From: Candidatus Latescibacterota bacterium
GTDB taxonomy: Bacteria > Latescibacterota > UBA2968 > GCA-2709665
Length of the DNA stretch: 64,000 nt
Assembly: GCA_963667175.2 (NCBI GenBank)
Contig: CAXXXF010000003.1
Location: 352,001 to 416,000, forward strand
Direction: 5' to 3'
The position numbers and the translations under genes are program-made. The notes beneath the pieces are model-generated. The model had not been told where the DNA came from, made no database searches, and saw only the letters and a program-made list of their open reading frames with translations. Position 1 is the stretch's first letter; each line of letters starts with the position of its first letter. Below, in pieces: positions 40,227 through 50,482 of the stretch.

Positions 40227-41303
40227 TCATTTCATCAGATGGATGCTGCCATTCATACTCCGCAGCTTGACAACGGCATCGCCGCCGTCTCCGACGTCGC
40301 CCTTCAGCCGGTTTCTGGATTTGCGCCCCGCTTCGACGGCAAAATCGCTGCGGACGCGCCCGTTGCTCGTTTTGGCGTCAATACGGCCCGACCAGTCGGC
40401 TGGAAGCGTCAGTTTGACGGAGCCGTTGTTTGTGGCGGCGGTTACCTGGCCGAGACTTTCACTCACCTCCATCTTGATCGATCCGTTCGTGGTCAGCAGC
40501 TTCGCAGCGTCGACGAGCCGTTCGGCCTGGACTGAGATCGATCCGTTGACGGTTTGGGCGGTAATCGGGCCGGTTTCCGCATCCAGTTTCACCGAGCCAT
40601 TGACGCTTTCCGCATCGACCGCCCCCTGGGTTCCACGGGACCTGATTCCGCCCTGGACGGTGCTGAGACGCAATGCCATCGCCCGCGGCGTTTCGATTTC
40701 ATAGCGAATGACCACATTGACGCCGCCGGGCGGCGTGGGATGTTCGGCAGAAACGCGAAGCTCGTCGCCGACCTGTTCGGCGCGGACCTCGACTTCCCGT
40801 TCGAAATCCTCCGTTACGGAACGACGCCCGTGGACCGCTTTCCACGCGCGGACAACGATCCGGTCGCTGTCCGTTCCCGTGAGGGAGATCGAGCCGTTGA
40901 CGGTTTCAGCGCGGACCGTCGCAATGTTCTCGGCATCGAATGTCCATTCCTGCGGACCCCCGGCCCCCCGTTCTCCGGTGTCCCGTTCCCATCTGGCCGC
41001 GGTATCGGCGACGGTCGACGTCGCCTGATCGACAGCCTCGTTCACCATCTTGCCGATGTCCTGCCACCGGACCGACTCCATCGCTTTGCCAACCTCGTTT
41101 TCGATTTCCCGTCCCAGGTCGCTGAAAGCCTCCGTGAACCTGTCGAAGTTTCCCTTCCTCTCCCTGCGTCGGCCCTCTTCCGTGTCGGTCTCCTCGTGCG
41201 TGCGGGACGGCTCATCGAGCGCCCGCAATAGCAAATCGGCCTCTTCCGGGTTGATTTTGCCCTCGGAAAGCATTTTCAGGATTTCAAGTCTCTCCGTACT
41301 CAT
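40227..41303 (-). CDS. DUF4097 beta-strand-repeat protein with N-terminal SHOCT-like domain
   Basis: ERLEILKML.EGKI.PEEA..LL; repeated T.NGSI/V motifs. Confidence 0.85.
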   Translation of the reverse strand: MSTERLEILKMLSEGKINPEEADLLLRALDEPSRTHEETDTEEGRRRERKGNFDRFTEAFSDLGREIENEVGKAMESVRWQDIGKMVNEAVDQATSTVADTAARWERDTGERGAGGPQEWTFDAENIATVRAETVNGSISLTGTDSDRIVVRAWKAVHGRRSVTEDFEREVEVRAEQVGDELRVSAEHPTPPGGVNVVIRYEIETPRAMALRLSTVQGGIRSRGTQGAVDAESVNGSVKLDAETGPITAQTVNGSISVQAERLVDAAKLLTTNGSIKMEVSESLGQVTAATNNGSVKLTLPADWSGRIDAKTSNGRVRSDFAVEAGRKSRNRLKGDVGDGGDAVVKLRSMNGSIHLMK

Positions 41304-41695
41304 TTTTGTTTCCTCCCCAGTTGCTTTATCTGTTCGGCCGCTTCCTCCGCGGATATTTCTCCTTCATTGAGCTGTTTCAGGATCTCGCGGCGTCTGCCGG
41401 AGCTTTCGCCCGGAGCGGGCGCATCGGCCCGGACTTCGTAGCCGAGCTCCGCGATGACGGCGTTCAGGCGGTTGCGAACGGTGGGGTAGGAGATCCCCAG
41501 TTCGCGCTCCATTTCCTTGATATTGCCCCGGTTCTTGACGAAGATCTCGATAAAGTCGAGACTCTGCTGCTGCAGGCGGCAGAATGGACACGTGGAGTAT
41601 TGACTCTCGATTCTGGTGTGGCAGGTGTGACAATGCAGACCCGATATCGTCAGTTCTCCGCCGCACGTTGGACATTTCTCCAAGACTTTCCGCAC
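41300..41695 (-). CDS. DUF2089-family Zn-ribbon/HTH protein
   Basis: CPTCGG..CHTC..FVKNRGNIKEMERELGISYPTVRNRL..EISAEEA. Confidence 0.9.
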   Translation of the reverse strand: MRKVLEKCPTCGGELTISGLHCHTCHTRIESQYSTCPFCRLQQQSLDFIEIFVKNRGNIKEMERELGISYPTVRNRLNAVIAELGYEVRADAPAPGESSGRRREILKQLNEGEISAEEAAEQIKQLGRKQK

Positions 41696-41801
41696 GGTAC
41701 CATAACTCCTTGATTTGGTTGATAATTTTGAACTTGCACGCGTTACTATGGATATATTCTTCGGTTTGATACCACAGGAGACTGTCGAAGAACGCCAATC
41801 T

Positions 41802-42728
41802 TCATTGCTTCGAGAATTCCTTCAAGATCGTATCCTCTGATTCTGCGAGCAGTTTCAGCTCAACAGCGAGTCGGGCCCAATCTGCTTCTGCCACGAGGCG
41901 GTGGCACTTGCCAAGACTCTGGGCCTGGTCCCGTTTGATTTCGGCCAACTGAGGGTTCCTGCCCTCGAAGAAGGCGGCATAGTCAAGAGCTCTGCGCGCA
42001 CCGAGACAGAAGTGGAAGGTTTTCATCAGATGGACCTGAAATTCCGGGAGGCTCTGTGCCCCTGTTTTTTCTGCCAACGCTGTGATCGCCCGAGGACCGA
42101 AAGTCCAACCAAACTCGGTTGCGATTTCCTGCGATTGTCGGTAGCAGGCGCAGAAGTGTTCGATTCCCCTCGCGTAGATCTCGTCTGTGTCCGGACGCTC
42201 GACTCGAATTGGAGCAGTCCAGTAACGGTAATATCCTCGCCGGTAGTCGATTTTCTCTGCCTTCCACGCGACAGCAAGCCGGGAAAACGGAAGTGAAACG
42301 CCTGGAAAACCCTCAGGATCGTGCAAAAACACCTGTTCATTCGCAATCTCGTAGGCCAATACGAAATGGTCCGCACCGGGAGCATTGAACGGGAGATAGT
42401 TGAGGCAGCCCATATCGAGAGGACCAAGAATGGCCGGACCCTTCTGAAGTTGCCTTTCGAGTTCGTCCAGCGGACATGGGTCCGACTCCGCCCTCGATCT
42501 CTCGACGAATCGAAAACCGAGTATACCAAGGGCCGCACTCAATCCGATGTCGGGTGGGGAGTAGGGATTGGACAGCCAGAACATTCCGTCATCCTGCCGG
42601 ACGGCGCCAAGGCCCACTCCGGTGAGGACCTCGATCAGACCAGGCTCGAAATCTTCGCCGATGGACTTCAACAACATCGCTGCTGAATTGGCATAACAGT
42701 ATGGTGCATTTCCTACATACTCGACCAT
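41802..42728 (-). CDS. Hypothetical protein, papain-like (C39/BtrH-type) Cys-His motifs
   Basis: YVGNAPYCYANS, GPLDMG.L.Y, GADHFVL, LHDP.GFP. Confidence 0.6.
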   Translation of the reverse strand: MVEYVGNAPYCYANSAAMLLKSIGEDFEPGLIEVLTGVGLGAVRQDDGMFWLSNPYSPPDIGLSAALGILGFRFVERSRAESDPCPLDELERQLQKGPAILGPLDMGCLNYLPFNAPGADHFVLAYEIANEQVFLHDPEGFPGVSLPFSRLAVAWKAEKIDYRRGYYRYWTAPIRVERPDTDEIYARGIEHFCACYRQSQEIATEFGWTFGPRAITALAEKTGAQSLPEFQVHLMKTFHFCLGARRALDYAAFFEGRNPQLAEIKRDQAQSLGKCHRLVAEADWARLAVELKLLAESEDTILKEFSKQ

Positions 42729-43059
42729 GATCTGACTCTTTATCGAAATGAGGTTCCTGCAAGATCGACGTGACGCGCAGCTATTCTCGGCTAAAGAATC
42801 CAACTCGTCCGCTGAGTACTTGCCCGGAACCTGGGGACCCTGAGTCCGTTGCATGGTGTCGATGGGATGCCGAACGGCTCGGTGCAAGCGAGCGGGTGAC
42901 GTCGTCAGTTAAAGCGACTTGCGGCTGTTTTGGACCAAAGGTATCTTGGACGCGTGCTTGGGGATCCCCGAAGCACCTGAGCCCGGTCTCCCCGTCGCCA
43001 TTCCGTCATCGCGTCCTGTTCGGCCTTCGGTTGACTTTCCACGCGGTCGACAATGAAAG

Positions 43060-43088
43060 AATATAAATATCAATTATCAATATGTCAA
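43060..43088 (-). promoter_or_regulatory. Sigma-70-like promoter in an AT-rich tract
   Basis: TTGACA-17 nt-TATATT on the minus strand, overlapped by TCAAT repeats. Confidence 0.55.
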
Positions 43089-43222
43089 TATATTTCCAAA
43101 AAAATAAATCGAAATAGTCAATTATTAATAATAATTTGTAAATTATAAAAAATTATCTAATCAGTTCACACTTGCTTGGGATATCGGATCGGAACAGCTA
43201 CACTTCGCAGGATGAACGGGCG

Positions 43223-44401
43223 ATGACTGCAGGCGATCTTGAATACGCGATGTTTTCCCGTAAGGAGATGGACCGGCGGTATGCCCGCGCGCGGGAGGAG
43301 ATGGATCGGCGCGGGATGAACGCGCTGTTTATCACTGGCGAGGAGAACTTTCAGTACTTCGCCGGCACGGCGGCGAGCGCGGCCCTGCACGCGTCGCTGA
43401 CCCGGCCGTCGGTCTTCATCCTCCCCCTGGATGGGGAACCGGTCATTGTCACACAGGGACAGGACAACATGGCGCTGGGGTCCTTTGTGACCGACGTGCG
43501 GGGATACGCGGATCTGTTCGCGTTTCCGCAAAGCGTCGTGATCCGGGCGTTGAGAGACGCGGGAGCGACCGGAGGCTCGGTAGGTGTGGAGTTGGGGCAG
43601 GAACAGCGGATGGGCATGCCGGTGGGGGCCTATCAGAACCTGACCGCGGCGATGCCCGACGTCGCGTTTGTCGACGCGGCGGAAGCGATCGTACGGCTCC
43701 GGATGGTGAAGTCAGAGGAAGAGCTCGCAACTATCCGGCGGGCGGCAGGGGTGACGGACCGGGCGCGGCAGCGGCTGTTCGGGATGATTCACGCCGGGAT
43801 GACGGAGCGGGAAACCGCCCGGCTGCTGCGCCGGTTGATTCTCGAGGAAGGCGGCGACGGGACTTCGTTTGTCATGCTGCTGCTGGGTATCCCCGGATCC
43901 CGGAACCCGTTCGGTTATGACAGGCCGCTGGCAGCCGGTCAGGTCGTCGGCGTGGATACGGGCGCCCGCGTGGGCATGTATACCATCGACTATACCCGGT
44001 GGGGCGTTTTCGGCACCGCGACAAGTGGGTTGAGGCGGATGTACGACGCGCTGCTGACGGTGAATCGTACGATGGCCGTTGCCCTCGGCCCCGGCGTGAG
44101 GTGTTCCGAAATCTACCGCGTGGGGGTCGAAGCGATTGAAAAAGCGTGTTCCGACGGGAATGGCCTGGAGCGGTTCGGGCCATCCCGCATGGGACACGGG
44201 CAGGGGATGCTGATCACGGAGCCCCCGAGCATCCATCCCGACGATCAGACGCCGCTGGAACCCGGGATGGTCCTGAGCACCGAGCCGGGATTGACCGCGG
44301 AAGGCACCCGGATGCTCTGGGAGGACGTCTATGTGATTTCGGAGGACGGATCCGAGCAGATCACCTCAGAGAGCGACGAACTTCGAGAAATTCTGTCCTG
44401 A
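43223..44401 (+). CDS. M24-family (Xaa-Pro peptidase/creatinase-like) enzyme
   Basis: LRMVKSEEE, VDTG..YTIDYTR, GHGQG..EPP, PGMVLSTEPG, WED. Confidence 0.88.
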   Translation: MTAGDLEYAMFSRKEMDRRYARAREEMDRRGMNALFITGEENFQYFAGTAASAALHASLTRPSVFILPLDGEPVIVTQGQDNMALGSFVTDVRGYADLFAFPQSVVIRALRDAGATGGSVGVELGQEQRMGMPVGAYQNLTAAMPDVAFVDAAEAIVRLRMVKSEEELATIRRAAGVTDRARQRLFGMIHAGMTERETARLLRRLILEEGGDGTSFVMLLLGIPGSRNPFGYDRPLAAGQVVGVDTGARVGMYTIDYTRWGVFGTATSGLRRMYDALLTVNRTMAVALGPGVRCSEIYRVGVEAIEKACSDGNGLERFGPSRMGHGQGMLITEPPSIHPDDQTPLEPGMVLSTEPGLTAEGTRMLWEDVYVISEDGSEQITSESDELREILS

Positions 44402-44465
44402 ACAGTGGATGTCTGTTGATCTTATGGATGCGATGGCTTAGAATTTGGCTATCAGCTAAAATCGG

Positions 44466-44617
44466 GAAGACGTAAGACGGGAGACGGTAGAGATTGGCCG
44501 CCCCGTGCGGTATCATCTCTTGCCGCAGGCATAAAGGAAGAACCGATCGGGCAAGGATGTCTTCTCCCGTCTCCCGTCTACCCGTTCTTCAGGCACTTAC
44601 ATCATCTCTTCTCTCCC
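44466..44617. repeat. Mosaic intergenic repeat (heptamers + module A + module B)
   Basis: 44489-44579 matches the reverse complement of 53440-53530 at 78/91 nt. Confidence 0.75.
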
Positions 44618-44666
44618 GGCCCTTTGGCCGTCATATGAATGAGATCCAACGAACGGGAATGGAGCG

Positions 44667-45707
44667 ATGACTGACACTGCGTGGGCCAGCGTGATTGAGG
44701 ACGACCACAGGATCCGGATCGAGACCGACGAACTCGAAGCCGCGATTCCCAAGAAGGACCCGGTGCGATGGATGACCGGGATTGAAAAAGGATCGTTCGT
44801 CGACAGGAAAACCGGATTCTCCGAAATCGGCGACGGCCTGATGGTGGTCGACTGGCTCATGGAGCCCGGCAGCGATGAATCCTGGCGCGAAAGCGTGATG
44901 GCTGAAGACGGGCACGGCCTGGGGCGATACCGCTGGTATGAGAACGAGTCGGACCCTGGGAGTAGGGAATACGCCATCCTTGCTCACGGAAGCAGCCATC
45001 GCAAGCGAATGATCGAGGGACCGCAGTTGTGCCACCGGATGAAGCCCGTACAGCCGGACGTGATTCGCGGGACGGACTTCGTCGCCGTGAGGACCCGGTA
45101 CCGTTTCGAATACGCGGCGCCGGGCCGGAACACGGGGTCGCGGTGGACGCAGTTGATCGTGTTTCCCAGAGGCGAGCGGTTCTTCGTGTTGATGGACCGG
45201 ATCGAAAGCGTGAACGACTCACCCGAAATGTTTCTAAGAAACGACACGCCCGGCTGCGTCCGACACACGAATGGTGATACGTTCAGCGAAATCTACCTCA
45301 GCTATCTGAGCGGCCCCGGCGGCGTGCGCATCCCGTCCAGTGAATTCTTCGATCCGTTCCCTCCCGACCGGAAATTCGGGTATCGCCGCGACCTGAACAG
45401 AACGCCCCGCCGATTCATCCGGGCGTACCGCCTGCGGGATCCGAAAACGGGCGATAGCGGACCATGGCTGGGCGGCCTCACGCTGGATCCCTCCGCCGTC
45501 TGCGAAGCCTGGTGCAGCCAGCGGCCCGGGGATATCATCGTGATGATCCTCGAGATGCATGGCAGGCCGGTGCAGGCGGGGGATACGTTCAGCGCGGCCC
45601 ATATCGTAGGGTATTTCGACAACATCGAGGACATGCACGCGGTATACGATCGTCACGAGGGACACAGGAGTCTGGCGGTCGACTCATCGGGCTGGGAACT
45701 GAGGTAG
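44667..45707 (+). CDS. Conserved hypothetical protein
   Basis: 346-aa ORF with host-like codon usage and GGAG RBS; first gene of an apparent operon. Confidence 0.7.
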   Translation: MTDTAWASVIEDDHRIRIETDELEAAIPKKDPVRWMTGIEKGSFVDRKTGFSEIGDGLMVVDWLMEPGSDESWRESVMAEDGHGLGRYRWYENESDPGSREYAILAHGSSHRKRMIEGPQLCHRMKPVQPDVIRGTDFVAVRTRYRFEYAAPGRNTGSRWTQLIVFPRGERFFVLMDRIESVNDSPEMFLRNDTPGCVRHTNGDTFSEIYLSYLSGPGGVRIPSSEFFDPFPPDRKFGYRRDLNRTPRRFIRAYRLRDPKTGDSGPWLGGLTLDPSAVCEAWCSQRPGDIIVMILEMHGRPVQAGDTFSAAHIVGYFDNIEDMHAVYDRHEGHRSLAVDSSGWELR

Positions 45708-45781
45708 GGGTCCGGCCCCGCCAGGCGCGGTTCCACGGGGGAATCGTGGCGGCGTCGAAACTTTATCCGGGAGCAATCTCT

Positions 45782-46723
45782 ATGAACAACGTGGTGAAGG
45801 GACCCGATTGGGTATGCGTCACGGAGAAGGCGGCTTGGCAGGCGCGGGATTCGCAGGGGGAGATGGTGTGGGACGGCCACATGTGGATTTTTGGCGGCTG
45901 GTTCACCCCGCAGACCCCCAACCCGCGGGACGTCTGGAAGTCATCCGACGGGAAGAATTGGACATGTATGGTGGAGGTCGCACCCTGGGAACACGGCGAC
46001 CTTCCGGCAACCATGCCATTCAAGGACCGGATATGGCTGATGGGGGGGCGAAAATTGCCGGGCAAGGAGAATACGAACACGGTATGGTCGTCGCCCGACG
46101 GCGCCGAGTGGGTCCTGGAAACGGATGACCCGGGCTGGCGCCCCAGGGTATCGCCCTCGTTTGTTGTGTTCAAGGACCGCATGTGGATCATGGGGGGAAC
46201 CGAAGATTTCTACCAGGACGACGACACGACGCTCAAGAACGACGTCTGGTCCACCGTCGACGGCCGGAACTGGAGATGCGAAGTCGAAAACGCGGCCTGG
46301 TCGAAACGAACCCACGCCCAGGCCGTGGTCTTCAGGGATAAGATCTGGATCATGGGCGGCGGCGCCTGGCAGCCCGAGACCATCCCCCTCAACGACGTAT
46401 GGTGTTCCGAAGACGGTGCCAACTGGACGCAGGTGACGGCCGGGGCGCCCTGGAAGAAACGGATGTGGTTTTCCCTGGTCGTCTACCGGGACCATATGTG
46501 GGTTCTGGGGGGATGGTCGCGCAAGGACGGCGACTTCGGGGACGTCTGGTACTCGAAAGACGGCGCCAACTGGACGGAACTCAAATCCGACGTGATCTGG
46601 ACAAATCGCCACGAGCATTCGGCCTACGTGTTCAAGGACAGAATCTGGCTGGCCGGCGGTCATGCCAGGCCGTTGAACAGCGAGGTCTGGTCACTGGAGT
46701 TGCCGCGGGACTGGCAGGGTTGA
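45782..46723 (+). CDS. Kelch-like beta-propeller protein
   Basis: Repeats of FKDR(M/I)W(I/L)MGG...NDVW.S.DG.NW. Confidence 0.85.
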   Translation: MNNVVKGPDWVCVTEKAAWQARDSQGEMVWDGHMWIFGGWFTPQTPNPRDVWKSSDGKNWTCMVEVAPWEHGDLPATMPFKDRIWLMGGRKLPGKENTNTVWSSPDGAEWVLETDDPGWRPRVSPSFVVFKDRMWIMGGTEDFYQDDDTTLKNDVWSTVDGRNWRCEVENAAWSKRTHAQAVVFRDKIWIMGGGAWQPETIPLNDVWCSEDGANWTQVTAGAPWKKRMWFSLVVYRDHMWVLGGWSRKDGDFGDVWYSKDGANWTELKSDVIWTNRHEHSAYVFKDRIWLAGGHARPLNSEVWSLELPRDWQG

Positions 46724-46798
46724 GAAGGGGACTTGACGCAACGGACCTGCCCGGGTTTCTGTACCAGGGAGCAATCCGCAATCAGGAGGAATTTCAAT

Positions 46799-47983
46799 AT
46801 GAAGATCAAGTCCGTCCGGGCCGTTCAGGTCAACTTTCCAGAGACCTATGGGCACCCGAAGCCCGGGCCCGTGGAATACAAGACGGCGCGCCGTCCTTCC
46901 TGGGCCTCGCAGGGTCCTGTAGCCAACCCCATGACGCGTTATCCGCGTTACGCCGCGTTCCGTCCGTCCTGGCTGCCGAAATGGGGAGGGTTCGGCTGTG
47001 CCGTCGAGGCCGAAGACGGCACGCTGGGTTTCGCCACGGCCAGCCATGGCCGTCCGGTGGCGGCCGTCATCGATGATTTTCTCGGACCGAGGCTGGTGGG
47101 TGAGAGCTGCATGGCGACTGAAAAGTGCTACGATATGATGGTGCGGATGGGCGCTTCTTATGGCGCTACGGGTCTGCATGCGTACGCCGTGAGCGCAATT
47201 GACCTCGCGCTGTGGGATCTCAAGGGCAAGCTCCTGGACCGGCCGGTATACGAACTGCTGGGCGGACCCGCGCGAGACGAGATGTTCTGCTATGCCACCG
47301 GCGGGGACGCCGACTGGTACCTGGAACTCGGATTCGAGGCCGTCAAGCTGCCCTGCCCGTACGGTCCGGCGGACGGCCTGGAGGGCCTCCGGAAGAACGT
47401 CGATCTTGTGGCCGGTACGCGAGACCTGGCGGGCGACAACGTGGAACTGATGCTGGACTGCTGGATGGCGTTCGACGTGGAGTACGCCGTACGCCTGGCG
47501 GAGGAACTGCGTCCGTTCAAACTCAAATGGATGGAGGAAATGCTCCGCTCGGAGGATCTGGACGCCCACGCCGAGTTGCGCCGCCGGCTTCCCTGGGCCA
47601 CCCTGGCCACCGGCGAACACTGGTACACGACCGTCCCGTTCCAGCACGCGGCAAGCCGCCACGTCCTGGACATTCTCCAGCCGGACATCAACTGGGTGGG
47701 CGGGATGACCGCAGTGGTCAAGATCTGCGCCATTGCAGAGGCCGCGGGCATATCGGTCATTCCCCACGGCGGCGGCAATACGCCGTACGGGCAGCACGTC
47801 TGTTACGCGATGCCGGCAATTCCCTGGACCGAATGTTACATCGCCAGCCCGCCGGGCGTGGACCCGGACGAAGCCGCGCGGCCCCCCGGCGTTTCCGCCC
47901 CCCGGGGCGGGCGAATGAAGCCGGTCGACGGACCGGGCTTCGGCGTGGAGGTCACGGAAGCTCAGGTGTCCCCGTTTCAATAA
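46799..47983 (+). CDS. Enolase-superfamily dehydratase, L-rhamnonate dehydratase-like
   Basis: ANPMTRYP, SAIDLALWDLKGK, CYATG, LMLDCWM, WMEE, ATGEH, QPDI.W.GG, PHGG. Confidence 0.88.
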   Translation: MKIKSVRAVQVNFPETYGHPKPGPVEYKTARRPSWASQGPVANPMTRYPRYAAFRPSWLPKWGGFGCAVEAEDGTLGFATASHGRPVAAVIDDFLGPRLVGESCMATEKCYDMMVRMGASYGATGLHAYAVSAIDLALWDLKGKLLDRPVYELLGGPARDEMFCYATGGDADWYLELGFEAVKLPCPYGPADGLEGLRKNVDLVAGTRDLAGDNVELMLDCWMAFDVEYAVRLAEELRPFKLKWMEEMLRSEDLDAHAELRRRLPWATLATGEHWYTTVPFQHAASRHVLDILQPDINWVGGMTAVVKICAIAEAAGISVIPHGGGNTPYGQHVCYAMPAIPWTECYIASPPGVDPDEAARPPGVSAPRGGRMKPVDGPGFGVEVTEAQVSPFQ

Positions 47984-48098
47984 TAGAAGGGCGGGAAGGG
48001 GACGGATTCCGGCCGACGCCATCGACGGCACCGGGCAGGGATGTCATTCTCCCGCTTGCCACCCGCGAGGTCTGCCTGTGAACACCAGAGGATGCACG

Positions 48099-49823
48099 AT
48101 GAGGATGAATCTATGGGTCGTCGCGGGCGCACTGGCGATGGGCAACGGGACGGGCAACCCCTCGCCGGCGGGGGCGGGGAATGTCGTCGAAAGGGCAACC
48201 GAGAACTGCTGGCGGTCGGTACGTTCAGACTGCATCTCCCGGCTTACGCTTCAGGCCGCAAAGGCGTTCGTTGCAAGGTCCGATTGGGAACTGGAAATAC
48301 GCGCCGGGGCGTTTGCTGCGGCCGCGGCCGCCCGGGCCATGGAGGGCGATGCGGAAGATGCAAACGTCAATTTCGATCGGGCGGTTGCCGCCGCCCGCAC
48401 GATAGAGGGCGGATATGCCCGCGCCCGCGCGTTACGAAACGTCGCGTCCGTCCAGGCTGGCGCGGGAGCCGTCGAATCGGCCCGGGCGATCGCCGCGTCG
48501 ATCGGAGATGCGCAGGGCAGGCTCGATGCGCTGGTTGACGTTGCGTCGGCGTCGGCGAAGAAGGGAGACCTCGGGGCCGCCCTGGAGAGTTTTCGCATCG
48601 CCGTCGCGACTGCGCGTTCCACTGGAGAAAGCAGTCTGCGCAAGCGAGGCCTGAGCAAGGTCGCCGTCGCGCAGGCGGCGGTCGGATACACCGCTTCTGC
48701 CCGAGGGACCGCGAGGTCGATTGACGACGTGGAAGGGCGGGTCGCCGCGCTGTCCGACGTGGCGTTGACGCTGGCGAAGCAGGGAAGGGACGAAGACGCC
48801 AGGGCGTTCTTCGACCTGGCCGTTGAGGACGCGGGTGACGTCATCGACGGATATCGACGGGCAATCGCGCTGGGCAAGGTCGCCTGGGCGCAGGCGGAAA
48901 CGGGTGACGAAACCGGAGCCCGCAAAACGCTGGACAAAGCCCTCCAGGCAGGCGGGCAAGGGATGGACGTTTACAGCGCCGGCGTGACGATTGCTTCGCT
49001 CGCCGACGTCGACCCGTATGCATTCATCCGGATTGCAGGCGCTCAGAGGAAGGTAGAGGACCTTAATGGCGCTCGCCGGACCCTGCGCCGGGCTTTTCAG
49101 TCCGTCAGCGAGGATGCGTCGCCGTCTCAGGTGAAATGGCTGTTCAATATCGCATCGGCACAGTCGGCGGCTGGAGATGCCGACGGCGCCCGGCGGACCA
49201 TTGACGCCGCCGCCCGGCGCCTCAGGTCCGACAGCGATGGTGACCTCGCGCAGAACCTGGTCTACCATATCGCGGCGGACCAGCTGGAGACGCTGCTCGA
49301 AATCGCCGCGTCGATAAACCCCGAGGACATGGAGGGAAAGAGAAATCTGGTCTATCACGTGGCCATGCGCCAGGCACAGAAGGGCGAGATATCCAGCAGC
49401 CTGCAGAACGCGAAAATGATCGACCACATTGCGAGGCGGGATGCCGTATTCAGGGATATCGTAAGCGCGCAGGCACGTGCCGGGCGATTCAAGGCCGCCA
49501 CGTCGACGGCAACGTCAATCGGGGATTCGAACAAGAGGGTCCGGGCGCTGTCGGAGATCGCGCGGGCCCAGGCGCGATCGGGTGACGCTGGCAGTGCCGG
49601 CAAAACCCTTCGCAGGGCGACAGCGGGACTGAGTGGGTCGGGTGGCTCCGGGATCACCACGTGGACCCACACCGATCTTGCCAGGGCGCAGGTCGAGGCA
49701 GGTCGGCCCGGCGAAGCGAAGCAGACCCTGCGGGACGCCCTCAGGGAACTCAGGGCGGCCACCCCGCTCGCGCGCGCCACCTGGCTGCCGGAAATACTTG
49801 ACGTGATCCGCAAGACAGAATAG
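48099..49823 (+). CDS. Exported TPR-like alpha-solenoid repeat protein
   Basis: Signal peptide; many AL..(I/V)A.AQA.AG...A repeats. Confidence 0.75.
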   Translation: MRMNLWVVAGALAMGNGTGNPSPAGAGNVVERATENCWRSVRSDCISRLTLQAAKAFVARSDWELEIRAGAFAAAAAARAMEGDAEDANVNFDRAVAAARTIEGGYARARALRNVASVQAGAGAVESARAIAASIGDAQGRLDALVDVASASAKKGDLGAALESFRIAVATARSTGESSLRKRGLSKVAVAQAAVGYTASARGTARSIDDVEGRVAALSDVALTLAKQGRDEDARAFFDLAVEDAGDVIDGYRRAIALGKVAWAQAETGDETGARKTLDKALQAGGQGMDVYSAGVTIASLADVDPYAFIRIAGAQRKVEDLNGARRTLRRAFQSVSEDASPSQVKWLFNIASAQSAAGDADGARRTIDAAARRLRSDSDGDLAQNLVYHIAADQLETLLEIAASINPEDMEGKRNLVYHVAMRQAQKGEISSSLQNAKMIDHIARRDAVFRDIVSAQARAGRFKAATSTATSIGDSNKRVRALSEIARAQARSGDAGSAGKTLRRATAGLSGSGGSGITTWTHTDLARAQVEAGRPGEAKQTLRDALRELRAATPLARATWLPEILDVIRKTE

Positions 49824-49878
49824 ACCTGGCGACGCGATGGATGCGTCCATCGACCAGGGACCGTTTTCCTGAAGCGAC

Positions 49879-49908
49879 AAAAGACGCCTTCCGATCTGGC
49901 GTCTTTTT
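49879..49908 (+). terminator. Intrinsic terminator after the TPR gene
   Basis: AAAAGACGCC-loop-GGCGTCTTTTT. Confidence 0.6.
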
Positions 49909-49945
49909 CGTGCGCAAACGACCAGTCTGCGGTACCGCCGTAATG

Positions 49946-49980
49946 AAAAAAAGCGGACGCCGATCCCTCGGCGTCCGCCT
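49946..49980 (-). terminator. Intrinsic terminator after csp
   Basis: Minus strand GGCGGACGCCGA-GGGA-TCGGCGTCCGCT followed by a T-run. Confidence 0.75.
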
Positions 49981-50004
49981 TCATTTACAAATGCTTCGTT
50001 CAAT

Positions 50005-50205
50005 CTATCGTTTCATCACGTTCGCCGCCTGGAGCCCTTTCGGACCCTCGACGATGTCGAATTCGACCTCATCACCCTCGGTCAAAGACTTGAAACCTTC
50101 AGCCTGGATTGCCGAAAAATGCACGAATACGTCCTCCCCGCCGTCCTGCTCGATGAAACCAAAGCCCTTGGCGTCGTTGAACCACTTCACTCGACCGTCA
50201 GCCAC
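50005..50205 (-). CDS. Cold-shock protein (CspA family)
   Basis: [34 protein letters not shown]. Confidence 0.96.
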   Translation of the reverse strand: MADGRVKWFNDAKGFGFIEQDGGEDVFVHFSAIQAEGFKSLTEGDEVEFDIVEGPKGLQAANVMKR

Positions 50206-50352
50206 TGCTAATTCACCACCTTTCTACCTTGAACTGAATGTGCAGGCAAATCAAAAAAGGCAAGGACCGGGAATTCTGATCCTTGCCGCATCGCTTTTTT
50301 CGACTGCACAGGAGACAGAAACAACGTCCTTCAATATTGCAACCTTGCATTT

Positions 50353-50381
50353 AAAGTAAATCGTTCGATCACGGATGTCAA
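50353..50381 (-). promoter_or_regulatory. csp promoter giving a ~140-nt 5' UTR
   Basis: TTGACA-17 nt-TACTTT on the minus strand. Confidence 0.6.
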
Positions 50382-50482
50382 CTCTTTTCTGCAACATGCC
50401 GGGTTTTTTCGTATCCTGCCGGATCACCCGCTCCCGGGCTGAACGTCGTTGAGCGGAATCGCGCCGTGGGTCGGGGTGCGCC

